Assembly (NCBI GenBank): GCA_046313635.1
Contig: JBKBYA010000007.1
Span: forward strand, 64,001-128,000
Reading direction: 5' to 3'
Origin: Pyrinomonadaceae bacterium
GTDB lineage: Bacteria > Acidobacteriota > Blastocatellia > Pyrinomonadales > Pyrinomonadaceae
Length of the DNA stretch: 64,000 nucleotides
Part shown: one piece after another, positions 1 to 10,198 of the stretch
Numbering within the stretch: position 1 is the stretch's first letter
Layout of the letters: each line of letters starts with the position of its first letter
Program-made: the position numbers and the translations under genes
Notes under the pieces: model-generated
The model's input: the letters and a program-made list of their open reading frames with translations, nothing else
What the model was told of the DNA's origin: nothing
Database searches by the model: none

Positions 1-329
1 GCGACTCCGATCGTCGTCAGGTGGGCCGAGCCGCTGTCGAGATCGGTCATCACAAACGCGAAGGCGGCCATTTCGCCCGATTCGGTCCGCACCTGATAGC
101 CGAGCGTGCGCGGCTCGTCGAGCAGGTAGTTAAAGGTCTGCCGCGAGTAGCTGTCGCCATTGGTAAAGCAGCGTTGGTTGAGAATGACGAGCTCCTTGAT
201 ATTGCCGCCGTGAAGGCGAGCGAGCCCGTACGCGGTATCGGGCGGGGCCGGTGCGAGGACCTCGACGACCGGCTCGCGCCGCGCCGCCGCGGGCGAAAAG
301 AGACTTCGGATCGTCTGCAAAAATGCCAT
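1..329 (-). CDS. GNAT (RimI-like) acetyltransferase, 3' end off window
   Basis: Manual translation from ATG at 329: MAFLQTIRSLF...NQRCF...AHLTTIGVA; GGAAGG RBS; open to the window edge. Confidence 0.65.
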   Translation of the reverse strand, partial: MAFLQTIRSLFSPAAARREPVVEVLAPAPPDTAYGLARLHGGNIKELVILNQRCFTNGDSYSRQTFNYLLDEPRTLGYQVRTESGEMAAFAFVMTDLDSGSAHLTTIGV

Positions 330-338
330 CCTTCCCGT

Positions 339-1385
339 CTAGACGACAAACATGCAGTCGCCGTAGCTGTAAAAGCGATAGCCGGCCTCAACTGCATGTC
401 GGTAGGACCTCATTATAAGTTCGCGGCCCGCGAAAGTGGAAACCAATATCAGCAGCGAGCTCTCAGGCAGGTGAAAGTTGGTAAGCAGCGCATCGATCGC
501 CCGAAACCTGTATCCCGGCGTGATCGTCAGATCGGTCTCGCCTCGCTCGGCCGCGAACCGGCCGTCGTGCTTTGCGATATTGCCCTCGAGAGCGCGCGTC
601 GTCGTCGTGCCGATCGCGACTATGCGCCTTTTGTCCGATTTGGCGCGGTTGAGCACGTCGGCCGTCTCCGGCGAGATCGAGACTTCCTCGGCCATGACGC
701 GGTGTCGAGACAGGTCCTCTGTTTCGCGGACGGGCTCGAATGTGCCGTAGCCGACGTGCAGCGTGACGCGCGCTATCGTCGCACCGGCGGCCTCGACCTC
801 CGCGATCTTCTGCGGCGTGAAGTGCAGCCCCGCGGTCGGCGCCGCGATCGAGCCGCGATTGTGCGCGTAAACGGTCTGGTAGCGCTCGCGATCGGTGTCG
901 GCCTGAGCGCGCGAGCGGCGAATGTACGGCGGCAGAGGCGTGCGGCCGACGCGGTCTATCGTCTCGTCGAAATCGCCCTCGCATTCGAAGCGGACGAGCA
1001 CCGTGCCGTCTTCAAACTTCTCCAGCACCTCGGCCGCGAGCTCGCCGCCGAAATCAACCCGCTTGCCCGGCCGCAAACGGCGCGCGGGCCGAGCGAGCGT
1101 CCGCCAGACGTATGGGTCGGCGTCTGACTCTCGTCGGACAAGAAATATCTCGACATTCGCTCCGGTCTCCGACTCGCCGAGCAGACGCGCCGGGAAGACG
1201 CGCGTGTCGTTGAGCACGACGACGTCGCCCTCGCGAATGTAGTTCGCGATATTCGCAAAACGCTCGTCGTGAAATCCGCCGGCCGCGCGGTTGACGACAA
1301 GCATCCGCGACGCTTCGCGATCGGCGAGCGGCTCCTGCGCGATGCTCTCCTCGGGCAGATCAAACCAATAGTCCTGAAGTCTCAT
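339..1385 (-). CDS. queA: S-adenosylmethionine:tRNA ribosyltransferase-isomerase
   Basis: LPEESIAQEP, NDTRVFPARL, PLPPYI, YQTVYA, SIAAPTAGLHFT, TNFHLPESSL, YRFYSYGD. Confidence 0.97.
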   Translation of the reverse strand: MRLQDYWFDLPEESIAQEPLADREASRMLVVNRAAGGFHDERFANIANYIREGDVVVLNDTRVFPARLLGESETGANVEIFLVRRESDADPYVWRTLARPARRLRPGKRVDFGGELAAEVLEKFEDGTVLVRFECEGDFDETIDRVGRTPLPPYIRRSRAQADTDRERYQTVYAHNRGSIAAPTAGLHFTPQKIAEVEAAGATIARVTLHVGYGTFEPVRETEDLSRHRVMAEEVSISPETADVLNRAKSDKRRIVAIGTTTTRALEGNIAKHDGRFAAERGETDLTITPGYRFRAIDALLTNFHLPESSLLILVSTFAGRELIMRSYRHAVEAGYRFYSYGDCMFVV

Positions 1386-1566
1386 CGATGTCGACCTCTA
1401 AATTCTAGCAACCGGCGCCGCCCGAAATATAATCTTAGCGAAGCCTGTGCGTCGTCCCACCGTCCGCGTCGGCCGTGTCAGAGCGCATCCGGTCAATTTC
1501 AAATGATCGTGCGGCGGAGCGAAGAGCGGTATCCAAATTGCAGCCGCCGCGTTATTGGAGGGAACG

Positions 1567-2604
1567 ATGAAATTCAAACTTATTGATGTGACGGCCGTCG
1601 TGGTCGTGATGGTTATCGCCAGCGTCCTCGGCGCCAGTGCCCAGGGCCGATACGCGAATATCTACTCGCGCGCGCAGGTGAACGGTTTTATCCGTCAGCT
1701 CGAGGAGAGCAGCGATCGGTTTCGGCAGGCCTTTGAACGCGAGGTCGACAACAGCGGGCTCAACGGCTCGACGAGGCGACAGTACAAGAGCTATGCGGCG
1801 CAGTTTGAGAATGCGGTCGATCGGCTGCGCGAGCGGTTTGACCGCGGCGAGTCGTGGTGGTCGAGCCGCGACGAGGTGCGCGATATGATCGCCAACTCGC
1901 AAGATCTCAATTCGACGATGAACAACGCCTCTTTCCGGCGCCGACTCGAGCGGCAGTGGAACCGCCTGCGTGACGACATCAACAAGCTCGCCGACACCTA
2001 CGATCTGCCCGGCCTTGCCGGCGGCGGATGGAACGGCGGCGGCGATTGGGACGGCGGCGGGCGCGGCGACGTGCCGTCATGGGCACGCGGCACCTTTTAC
2101 GGGCGCGACCCGCGATCGGGCGGCAGCATAACGCTGACGATCGAGCGCGACGGACGCGTGATGATCTCGATCGACGGCAACGCTCCGACATACGGCTCGA
2201 TGCAGGGCACGACCCTGCGTAACGGCCCGTACGTCTCGCGAGTGACGCGGCTCAATAACGGCATTCGCACGACCGACGTCGAGAACGGAAGCTACATCGA
2301 TTACTATCGCGGCTCGCAGGGCGGCGGAGGCTGGAACGGCGGGCAGGAGCAGGGCAACGTCCCGAGCTGGGCGGTCGGCAGCTTTTACGGCACCAATCCG
2401 CAGACCGGCGGCACCATCACGCTCACCATCGAGAGCAATGGACGCGTGACGATCATGATGGACCGCGGCGAAATAACCTACGCGACGATGAACGGCACCA
2501 CTCTTACCAACGGCCCGTATGTCTCGCGCGTCTCGCGCCGCAGCAACGGCATCCGCACGACCGACGTCAATAACGGAAGCTACATCGATTACTACAGACG
2601 TTAG
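1567..2604 (+). CDS. Secreted protein with helical N-domain and two tandem ~75-aa beta-rich repeats
   Basis: Signal peptide; duplicated VPSWAxGxFYG...TTDVxNGSYIDYYR; Gly/Trp-rich linkers. Confidence 0.8.
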   Translation: MKFKLIDVTAVVVVMVIASVLGASAQGRYANIYSRAQVNGFIRQLEESSDRFRQAFEREVDNSGLNGSTRRQYKSYAAQFENAVDRLRERFDRGESWWSSRDEVRDMIANSQDLNSTMNNASFRRRLERQWNRLRDDINKLADTYDLPGLAGGGWNGGGDWDGGGRGDVPSWARGTFYGRDPRSGGSITLTIERDGRVMISIDGNAPTYGSMQGTTLRNGPYVSRVTRLNNGIRTTDVENGSYIDYYRGSQGGGGWNGGQEQGNVPSWAVGSFYGTNPQTGGTITLTIESNGRVTIMMDRGEITYATMNGTTLTNGPYVSRVSRRSNGIRTTDVNNGSYIDYYRR

Positions 2605-2624
2605 CGGCGTCTCGTATCAGCAGC

Positions 2625-2664
2625 AATGGCCGCCGAGCAATGCCGTTCGGCGGCCATTTTTTTT
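2625..2664 (+). terminator. Rho-independent terminator
   Basis: AATGGCCGCCGA...TCGGCGGCCATT followed by T-run. Confidence 0.85.
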
Positions 2665-2900
2665 GTCGCGCTGCCGGCCGCGCGCGAGTTCGTCAAAGCG
2701 ATGATCCGATCCTTCGCCGCATCACGCGTTAAGAGCGATAGGGCCGGCGAATTGGGGAACTCTCAACGAGCCCACCGCCCGTGCGAGGCTCGCGCCGCCC
2801 CGGAGGTCTCTGCTAGTCTCATCCAAGCCGGGCCCGAATACCGCGGTCATCGGCCGGTGGTCTGGCACCGATCGCGCAGCGATAGCGGAGGAGTCGAACG

Positions 2901-3758
2901 ATGCAAATTCAGTGGCACATTCCTGCAGGCGTCTCGCCGTATCTGTTTGCCCGCCGTTCGTCGGTGCGAGGTCTCGACGTCAGGCACTTCAGAGTGAGAT
3001 CGGGCGAGCTGGTCGATCAAACGAGGCTGACGCACGAGATCAACGTGACGATCGCCGGCCAGGTGCGGGCGGCACGGCAAACTCCGGCTTCGCGTGCGCC
3101 CGGAGCCGTGTGCGTGGTGCCCGCAGGCGAGCGGCTCCACGGCTGGTGGCGGGGCGAGCTCGAGTGCCTCGCGATCAGCGTCGACCCGGCCCTGGTCACC
3201 CGAGCCGCGCTCGAGATGGGAGCGTCTCCAAGTTTTGAATTGCGGCCCGTCGCTCAGATCAAAGATCCGCTCCTCGGGCCGCTCGGTCTCGCGATGCTCG
3301 ATGCCGCGCTTGCCGGCGGTCAGACCCAAAAGTTGTACGCCGAGGCCCTTGCCAACACGCTCATACTCCACCTGCTCCAAAACTACGGTACCGCCGGGAG
3401 GACTGTCGGTCGCTCCGGCGGCGGCCTCACGGGCTACCGGCTGCGACGCGCGATGGAGTACATAGACGCTCATCTCGACGACGACCTCACGCTGGCCGAT
3501 ATCGCGGCCGCCGCGGGCCTGAGCCAATTCCATTTCGCACGCGCCTTTCGGCGCTCGACCGGACTGACGCCGCAGCAGTACGTCACGCAGCGCAGGATCG
3601 AGCTCGCAAAGCGCTTGCTGCAGGATCGCGACATTCCGCTGGTCGAGGTCTCGCTGCAGGCTGGGTTCAAGAATCAGAGCCACTTTACGACGCTGTTCAA
3701 AAAGGCCACGTCGCTCACGCCCAAGGTCTGGCGCGATGCAAGGTCGAGCCAGGCGTAG
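2901..3758 (+). CDS. AraC-family transcriptional regulator
   Basis: LSQFHFARAFRRSTGLTPQQY and GFKNQSHFTTLFKK double HTH. Confidence 0.93.
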   Translation: MQIQWHIPAGVSPYLFARRSSVRGLDVRHFRVRSGELVDQTRLTHEINVTIAGQVRAARQTPASRAPGAVCVVPAGERLHGWWRGELECLAISVDPALVTRAALEMGASPSFELRPVAQIKDPLLGPLGLAMLDAALAGGQTQKLYAEALANTLILHLLQNYGTAGRTVGRSGGGLTGYRLRRAMEYIDAHLDDDLTLADIAAAAGLSQFHFARAFRRSTGLTPQQYVTQRRIELAKRLLQDRDIPLVEVSLQAGFKNQSHFTTLFKKATSLTPKVWRDARSSQA

Positions 3759-3911
3759 ATAGACGGCGCGGACGCGATCGGACCGGCAGGCTTTTGCAGG
3801 ATACAGCACGTCCAGAAAACGAACGGCAATCTCGCGAAAGACCGCTGCGGCCCGCCTTCGATAAACTCATCCGCCAGACCGGCAAACTGCCGGGCAAAAG
3901 GAGAAAAAGGG

Positions 3912-4595
3912 ATGAGAAAAGGTTTGTTGATCGCGGCGGTGCTGACGGCTCTCGCAACGGGCGTGCAGGCGCAGGAGACCGCATTATTTTTCGAACGCGG
4001 CGTGACGAAAGCGGCCGCGAGACAATTTGAGAAAGCACTTGTCGAATTTCAGAATGCCCTCTTCAAGTACGACGCGGCGGCGGACGGCAGCGGGCTCCTG
4101 CTTGCAAAGATCAATTACAACATCGGCGTCTGCCATTATCGTCTCGGCCGAGCGTCGCAGGCGGCGGACCACTTCTCGAGGGCGGTCGGCGGCGACCCTC
4201 GGTACGAGAAGGCTCACTATGCGCTCGGCATGGCCTACGCCGACCTCGGCAAGCTCGCCGAAGCGAAGAACGCTTTTCTCGCCGCACTCGCCATCGGCGG
4301 CGGACGGAGCGGCGAAACGTGGTTCGATCTCGGTCTCGTCGAGCTGCGGATGAGCGAGCCTCGAGCGGCTGCAGAGAGTTTTGCCAACGCCATCAGATAC
4401 GGGACGCGAAGTCCCGCCGAGGCGCGAAACAATATCGGCGTCGCGGCGGCGATGCGGTCAGATCATGTCGAGGCCGAGCTTCAGTTTCGCCTCGCGCTCG
4501 CAGAGTCGGGCGGCAAGCTCCTCGAGGCAAAGCGGAATCTGGAATTGATCCGTTCGACGGCAGCCGGCGACGGCCTGATCGCCGCACGCCGGTGA
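3912..4595 (+). CDS. Exported TPR protein
   Basis: Signal peptide; TPR motifs NYNIGVCHY, AHYALGMAY, ARNNIGV. Confidence 0.85.
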   Translation: MRKGLLIAAVLTALATGVQAQETALFFERGVTKAAARQFEKALVEFQNALFKYDAAADGSGLLLAKINYNIGVCHYRLGRASQAADHFSRAVGGDPRYEKAHYALGMAYADLGKLAEAKNAFLAALAIGGGRSGETWFDLGLVELRMSEPRAAAESFANAIRYGTRSPAEARNNIGVAAAMRSDHVEAELQFRLALAESGGKLLEAKRNLELIRSTAAGDGLIAARR

Positions 4596-4621
4596 CCCTT
4601 GGGCCGCCCACGCAAACTGTG

Positions 4622-5005
4622 ATGAACGATACTAAAACACTAAACAATGACGCCAAAGATGCCGGCAGCGACTGCGGCGGCGGACTCGCATGCGAGCCGT
4701 GGTCGATGGACGCGGCCGAGCGAGAGCGCTGGAGAGCCCTGCTCGACCAGGTGATCGCCTCGCGCCGTCAGGTGGTCGAGGTCGAGAGCGGTTACGCGTT
4801 TCGATTCGCGAGCGACGCGGCGACGATACGCGATATCGCCGAGTGGATCACATACGAGCGGCGATGCTGCCCCTTTCTCGAATTTGAATTGGCCGTCGAG
4901 AGTCACGGCGGGCCGCTTTGGCTCAAGCTCTCGGGACCGGACGGCGTAAAGGACCTCATTCGCGCGGAGTTTGCGATCGGCGGGTCTGAAAGGCACTCGG
5001 CATGA
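4622..5005 (+). CDS. Small ExxCCPF-motif protein (metal/metalloid-associated, MerR C-terminal-like)
   Basis: LACE...GYAFRF...ERRCCPFLEFEL...LSGPDGVK; start chosen at ATG 4622. Confidence 0.6.
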   Translation: MNDTKTLNNDAKDAGSDCGGGLACEPWSMDAAERERWRALLDQVIASRRQVVEVESGYAFRFASDAATIRDIAEWITYERRCCPFLEFELAVESHGGPLWLKLSGPDGVKDLIRAEFAIGGSERHSA

Positions 5006-5025
5006 CGGATCGGGTCAAATGCACA

Positions 5026-5064
5026 AAAGAAGCGGCGCTTCCTTGGTCGACGCGCCGCTTCTTT
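5026..5064. terminator. Bidirectional terminator between convergent units
   Basis: AAAGAAGCGGCGC...GCGCCGCTTCTTT. Confidence 0.75.
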
Positions 5065-5256
5065 GATAATCAAACCTCTCGGGTTTGTCCTATTGTTTGA
5101 TCGCCTCGGTTTTAGAATGTCTCATACTATCACCCCCAGTGCGGACTATGATGGCATGCTGCCGCGTCGATTTGCCAGCCTTTTTTTGCGCGGCGCGCGT
5201 TCGCGGTCGGTGCCCGGCTCAAGTCTTGGCGGTGCTGCGGGAGCGAAGAGGAAGGA

Positions 5257-5344
5257 TGGTGCCGGAGGTCGGACTCGAACCGACATGGGCGTAAAGCCCG
5301 CCAGATTTTGAGTCTGGTGCGTATACCAATTTCGCCACTCCGGC
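5257..5344 (-). tRNA. tRNA-Leu(CAA)
   Basis: GCCGGAG/CTCCGGC acceptor stem, CCAGA-CTCAAAA-TCTGG anticodon arm, long variable arm, GGTTCGAGTCC, encoded CCA. Confidence 0.97.
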
Positions 5345-5406
5345 ACGGAAGTTCAAATGATAAGCGGCGGGCCGAGCGAGGTCAAGATGCTCGGTCTCGC
5401 GGCCGC

Positions 5407-8400
5407 TTACCGCGATGCGGCTGACTGCTCCGCGACGAAAGATCCCGGTACCGGGATGTCGCCGGTCGAGCCAAAGACGCGCGTGCGCGTCGACCCGTCG
5501 GAGCTCGGTATCCAAAACCACGTGCTCGTCGACGGCCTGTAGACCGCAATATCGTAGATGCCGTCGCCGTCAAAATCACCCTGCAGCGGCCGGTCGCCCG
5601 AGACGCCGAGCTGCGCGCCGCCAAATCCGAGCTTGCTGCGGAGCAGGTACCAAGTTCCGGTGGACGGGCGAAACACGGCGATGTCGGCGCGTCCGTCGCC
5701 GTCGTGATCGCCCGGCACCGGCTGGTCGCCTGAGATGCCGAATTGCCTGAACGTCACCGCCCGGTCCGACGAGCGCGATACGTACCAGACACCGCTCGAC
5801 GGACGATAGACGGCCGCGTCGGCCCGACCGTCGCCGTCAAAGTCGTCCGGCAGCGGGATGTCGCCGTCGAGTCCGAACCGACGGGTCTCGATAGACGCGT
5901 CCGAGCTTTTGAGCACGTACCAGGCGCCGTCCGACGGCCGCCAGACCGCTAAATCGGCGCGGCCGTCGCCGTCGTAGTCGGCCGGGACCGTCCTGTCTGT
6001 CGCGAGGCCGAACGCCGCCGCCGCCATCGTCGAGTCAGAGCTCCTGAGGATGTACCAGACGGATGTCGACGGGCGGAAGACCGCGATGTCCGTTCGCGCG
6101 TCGCCGTCGTAATCGGCCGCCGCGACGCGATCGCCGGCGCTTCCCCAGGCGACCGGTAGCACCGCACCGTCCGAACTTCTCTCGATCACAAAATCGGGCG
6201 CGTTCGGCGCATCGGTCGGGCGAAAGACAGACAGATCGGTCTTGCCGTCGCCGTCGAGGTCGAACTTGCGCCCGCCGCCTCGGACGCCCGGACACGAGCA
6301 CGAATATCCGTCCGCGACCGCGACGTCGTCCAGATACTGCCCCTCGCGAAACGTGCCGACGTCGGTACCGACCCGCCATCGGAGCTGCACATTCTGCCCG
6401 GCGGCCGACGCCGGCAGGCGAACGGCCGTGGTGATGAACTCCGAGGTCTCGTTGACGCCGCTGCGGCCCGACCAGCCGAGACGGCCGCCGAGCGGATTTG
6501 AGCAGCAGCTGTCGATCGTGCCGTCGTAGCCGCCCGATTCAAACGCTCCGCCCGCGGCGAGGATGTCCTGCCACTGCCCGCCGTCGCCGATCCTGATCTC
6601 GAGCACCGAGCCGTCGTAGAGCCGGTTGCGCAGGAATGTCGTTTCAAGCTCGTACCAGTTGCGGAATGTCAGCCGCGCGTTTGCGGTCGAGACGCGAAAG
6701 ATGGGCGTCGTGAGCTCGTTCAGCCCGACCTGATTGGGGTCGGGCGAGAAGATAGAATTCGGGGCCGAGTCGCGGCGGGCCGACGACACGCGCCACAGCT
6801 GCTGAGCGCCGGTCGCCGACGACGCCCAGCCCTCGGGCAGACGGCCGGCGGCAACGCGGTCAAACGACTCCCGCAGAGCGTATCTGACGGCGCCGCTCTC
6901 GAGCCGGATCTCGACGCGGCCGACGGGCTCGCCGTTATCGGTGAGCGTCAACCTTAACGTCACCGGATCGCCGCATCGGACGGTCGGTGAGACCGTAAAA
7001 CTGAAAGGCCGCGTCACCGCCGGGCCGCCGGCGGTAAGTGCGCCGTAATTCTGCGGCGGCCCGACCGCGATCACGCCGCCCGTACGTTCGAGCGTCGCGA
7101 CCAGTGATGTCGCCGCACCCGCGCCGGTGTTGCGGAGCGGTACGTTGACGGTCACGGTCTCGCCCGGCTCGGCGGTCTGGTCGATCGCGCAGCTCTCGGC
7201 CGAGAAAGTGACCGCCGCATTCTCGATCACGGGCACCGGCCGCAGGCGCAGCTCGATCGTCTGCTGCGGCCCGCCGTCGGCGACCGTCACGGCCGCCGAC
7301 GCCGATCCGTAGCCGCGTGCGCGTCCGACGATCGTATATTGACCAGGCGGGATGAGCATCGTCTCGGTCGGCTGCTGCGTTCGCGTATAACGCACAAAAG
7401 GCACCGACGCCAGATCGCCGCCGCGATACAGCTCGACCGGCGAATTGTCGATCGCCCGTCCGGTCGCGTCGTCGATCAGCGAGACAACGAGCCGTCCGCG
7501 CGGCGCGGGCGTGCACTCGCTGAATTTGAATCGCCCGATCCGCGTCAGCCACGTGTAGTCGCTAAAGTCCTCGCTCTCCTGCGTGTAGTACTCGCCCGTC
7601 AGCCAGAACGTGCAGTCGTCGGCCGGGTCGACCGACATCCCGCTGTAATCGCCCCAGCGCCAGCCGAAGCCCTTCTGGACGCCGCTGCCGGCGACGAGCT
7701 CGCCCTCGCTGCGAAGCATGCCCGGCGCGTCGCCGGCGAGCCGTCCCGTGTAGAGGATCGACGGCTCCTTTTCGTCGGTGACCATGTTGTACTGCACCGC
7801 GAGGTTGCCGTCGCGGTCCTGCGCCGCGCTTGCGACCCAGCGAGACGATGACGTATTGCCGATCGTCGAATGCTCGTGAACGGCGAATGACGCTCCCGTT
7901 CGCCGCAGCTCGTAGAGTCTGACGCCGGCGCGATACGGCTCGCCCGGCGGCGACGTGCGAACGGTCTGGTTAAAGACGAGGGCCTCCCAGGTGCCGAAGT
8001 TTCGATACGCGGCGCGATACATCAGCCGGTCGCTGCCCGAGTCGAGCGGGGCTCCCGGCGAAGGCTGCAGGATGTCTGTCCTGCCGGGCGGGCTCGTCGG
8101 GTCGAATGGAGCGACCGCAAGCGGGCTCTCGGGCCGCTCGGTCAAGGTCGAATTGGCCGGCGTCGCAAAATCGACGCTGAGATCGAACAGCCGTACGGCG
8201 TCGGCGGCGTCGCCGTATTCGTCGGCCGTGTAGCCGACAAACAGGCCCGGCGTCCCGGCACGCGGGGGCGTCATCCCGTCGAGGTCAGCCGGCAGCACAC
8301 CGCCGAGACGCTGCGGGTAACTCGACGGGATGCTGAAGTAAACGTAGCCCGCCGACGGGTCGCCGCGGAGCATCTTGCCGCGGTCAAAAGCAAAGAGGCC

Positions 8401-9222
8401 CGAGCTGACGTAGTCGGAGCCGAAGTACTCCTCGGTCGACATATAGTACGCGTCGCTCCAGACGCCGAACTTTGAAAAGTCGTTGAGCTTTACGTTCGGC
8501 ATCACGAACTCGTAGAGATAGTATTGCCCGGTCGGGTCGCCGGTCTTTGAGATCGCGATCAGCTGCCTGAAGGGCGGGAATGCGATGCAGTACTGGCTGA
8601 TCATCCAGCGGTCGGCAAGCGGATCGTACAGTACGATCGGCAGACCGTCGCTGCGCCGGGAGCAGGTCGTATTGAGCTGCGCAAAAAGATCGCTGATCTT
8701 GAACGCCGGCGTCACAGGCCGGCCGCTCTTGTCGTAAATGCGGAGCGCCGCGTTGACGGCCTGAACGTAGTGGCCGGGGCCGACGTCGCCGTTCATATCC
8801 GGCGGCAGGATGAGCAGATTGTAGAGATCGATGTTGTCGTAATTTGCAAGACCGTCGAATGAGAGCGAAGGCGCCGGCATCGGAACGGGCGTAAAAGCAG
8901 CGAGCGACCCGACTCCCTCTGCGCCGGGCCGCGGCGGCGCACCGCTGAATTCGCGTACAAGGTCGACACCCGCGCCGATCTCGAGCCGCCGCGACGGGAC
9001 AAATTTTTGGCCGCTCGTCTCGGGCGGCTTGAATGAACTCACGGGCGGCGACACGGCCGAGGCAGCCGCGCGGGCCGCCTCGGGTCTGAGCGTTGACAGG
9101 TCGAATTTTCGGGCGTGGGCCGTGCCCCGATCTGCGGCGTCGGCCGCGGCCCGCCCGTCATGAACGACAAGCGCCGCCGCCGTGACGGCCAGTGAGAGAC
9201 AAACTAGTGTGAACTTGCGCAT
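5407..9222 (-). CDS. Large secreted protein with C-terminal FG-GAP/VCBS repeats
   Basis: Signal peptide; repeated DYDGDGRADLAVWRPS; RWGDYS propeller-like N-domain. Confidence 0.88.
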   Translation of the reverse strand: MRKFTLVCLSLAVTAAALVVHDGRAAADAADRGTAHARKFDLSTLRPEAARAAASAVSPPVSSFKPPETSGQKFVPSRRLEIGAGVDLVREFSGAPPRPGAEGVGSLAAFTPVPMPAPSLSFDGLANYDNIDLYNLLILPPDMNGDVGPGHYVQAVNAALRIYDKSGRPVTPAFKISDLFAQLNTTCSRRSDGLPIVLYDPLADRWMISQYCIAFPPFRQLIAISKTGDPTGQYYLYEFVMPNVKLNDFSKFGVWSDAYYMSTEEYFGSDYVSSGLFAFDRGKMLRGDPSAGYVYFSIPSSYPQRLGGVLPADLDGMTPPRAGTPGLFVGYTADEYGDAADAVRLFDLSVDFATPANSTLTERPESPLAVAPFDPTSPPGRTDILQPSPGAPLDSGSDRLMYRAAYRNFGTWEALVFNQTVRTSPPGEPYRAGVRLYELRRTGASFAVHEHSTIGNTSSSRWVASAAQDRDGNLAVQYNMVTDEKEPSILYTGRLAGDAPGMLRSEGELVAGSGVQKGFGWRWGDYSGMSVDPADDCTFWLTGEYYTQESEDFSDYTWLTRIGRFKFSECTPAPRGRLVVSLIDDATGRAIDNSPVELYRGGDLASVPFVRYTRTQQPTETMLIPPGQYTIVGRARGYGSASAAVTVADGGPQQTIELRLRPVPVIENAAVTFSAESCAIDQTAEPGETVTVNVPLRNTGAGAATSLVATLERTGGVIAVGPPQNYGALTAGGPAVTRPFSFTVSPTVRCGDPVTLRLTLTDNGEPVGRVEIRLESGAVRYALRESFDRVAAGRLPEGWASSATGAQQLWRVSSARRDSAPNSIFSPDPNQVGLNELTTPIFRVSTANARLTFRNWYELETTFLRNRLYDGSVLEIRIGDGGQWQDILAAGGAFESGGYDGTIDSCCSNPLGGRLGWSGRSGVNETSEFITTAVRLPASAAGQNVQLRWRVGTDVGTFREGQYLDDVAVADGYSCSCPGVRGGGRKFDLDGDGKTDLSVFRPTDAPNAPDFVIERSSDGAVLPVAWGSAGDRVAAADYDGDARTDIAVFRPSTSVWYILRSSDSTMAAAAFGLATDRTVPADYDGDGRADLAVWRPSDGAWYVLKSSDASIETRRFGLDGDIPLPDDFDGDGRADAAVYRPSSGVWYVSRSSDRAVTFRQFGISGDQPVPGDHDGDGRADIAVFRPSTGTWYLLRSKLGFGGAQLGVSGDRPLQGDFDGDGIYDIAVYRPSTSTWFWIPSSDGSTRTRVFGSTGDIPVPGSFVAEQSAASR

Positions 9223-9307
9223 CGACCGCAGGCAAAAACTTCGGTTTCCGATCGACGACGATGATAGACCCGAATAAAGTCGGGAGACAACGTTTCGGCG
9301 GCGGCCG

Positions 9308-10030
9308 TCAGTTCTCGGTGAGGATGACGACCTCGGCCCGCCGTTTCGCTTCGTCGAGGAATGTCTCGATCTGTTCGGCGACGCGGTCCTCGGTGAGGCC
9401 GCGGCGAATGTCGGAGCGCTTTTCGCTTATCGACGGGACGACCACGCCCTGGAAACGGCGCCGAAATTCAGGCACGTATACCTCGCGGTAGTACTTTTCT
9501 TCGTCGGCCGGCGTGATGACGATAAAAGAGCGAAATCTGAAGTCGATATACTTCTCGATCGCGACTCGCTCGGCGACGATCCTCTCAAAATTGTCGTCCC
9601 TGACCGACGAAAACCCGACGCGCTTCAGCCGCCGCTCAAACTCGGCCGGCGATGCAAAGCGACGAACGATGTCGGCGATCTTGTCGGCGATCTCCTGATC
9701 GGTCGGCGCGGCCTGCGGCACGCGTTCGGCCTCGAGCGCAAAGAGCCGCTGGTTGATGAGCGTCTGCAGAGCACGATCGACGTCGTCCTGAGGCGGGTCG
9801 TCGACCGGAGCGCCGGGCTCGAGCGCGAGCTGCCAGAGGATGTCCGAATAAGTGATCACCTCGGTCCGCACGCCGTCCTGTACGGTCGCGACCGAGCGGT
9901 CGACCGTTGGGCCGCCGCGCTGCGCGGCCGCCTGGCGCGCGCCGCCAGCGAGACAGAGCACGGCGAGCAGCGCTGCCGCCCAAGCCCCGGCACGCCGAAT
10001 CGAACAAAGTGGATCGAATGGCCCTCGCAT
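9308..10030 (-). CDS. SurA N-terminal-like exported chaperone
   Basis: VDRSVATV...VITYSDI...LQTLINQRL...AEVVIL; start uncertain. Confidence 0.65.
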   Translation of the reverse strand: MRGPFDPLCSIRRAGAWAAALLAVLCLAGGARQAAAQRGGPTVDRSVATVQDGVRTEVITYSDILWQLALEPGAPVDDPPQDDVDRALQTLINQRLFALEAERVPQAAPTDQEIADKIADIVRRFASPAEFERRLKRVGFSSVRDDNFERIVAERVAIEKYIDFRFRSFIVITPADEEKYYREVYVPEFRRRFQGVVVPSISEKRSDIRRGLTEDRVAEQIETFLDEAKRRAEVVILTEN

Positions 10031-10198
10031 TTGGATATTCAGATTTTCCGTTCGGCGGCTCCGCAGTGTCAACATCTGGTCTTGAAAGGCAAAATTCTTG
10101 ACAAACCGATTTCGCGAAAACTAAAGTACTTATGAGCAGTCCTGCTCGCCCCCTTTTCCGATCGCCCACCCTTCACCGGACCTCTTCAGTAAATATCA

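Noticed and set aside
21..1127. Long plus-strand ORF and similar antisense ORFs (10535-11773, 49974-51107, 52291-53547)
   Set aside because: Shadows of well-supported genes on the opposite strand in GC-rich DNA
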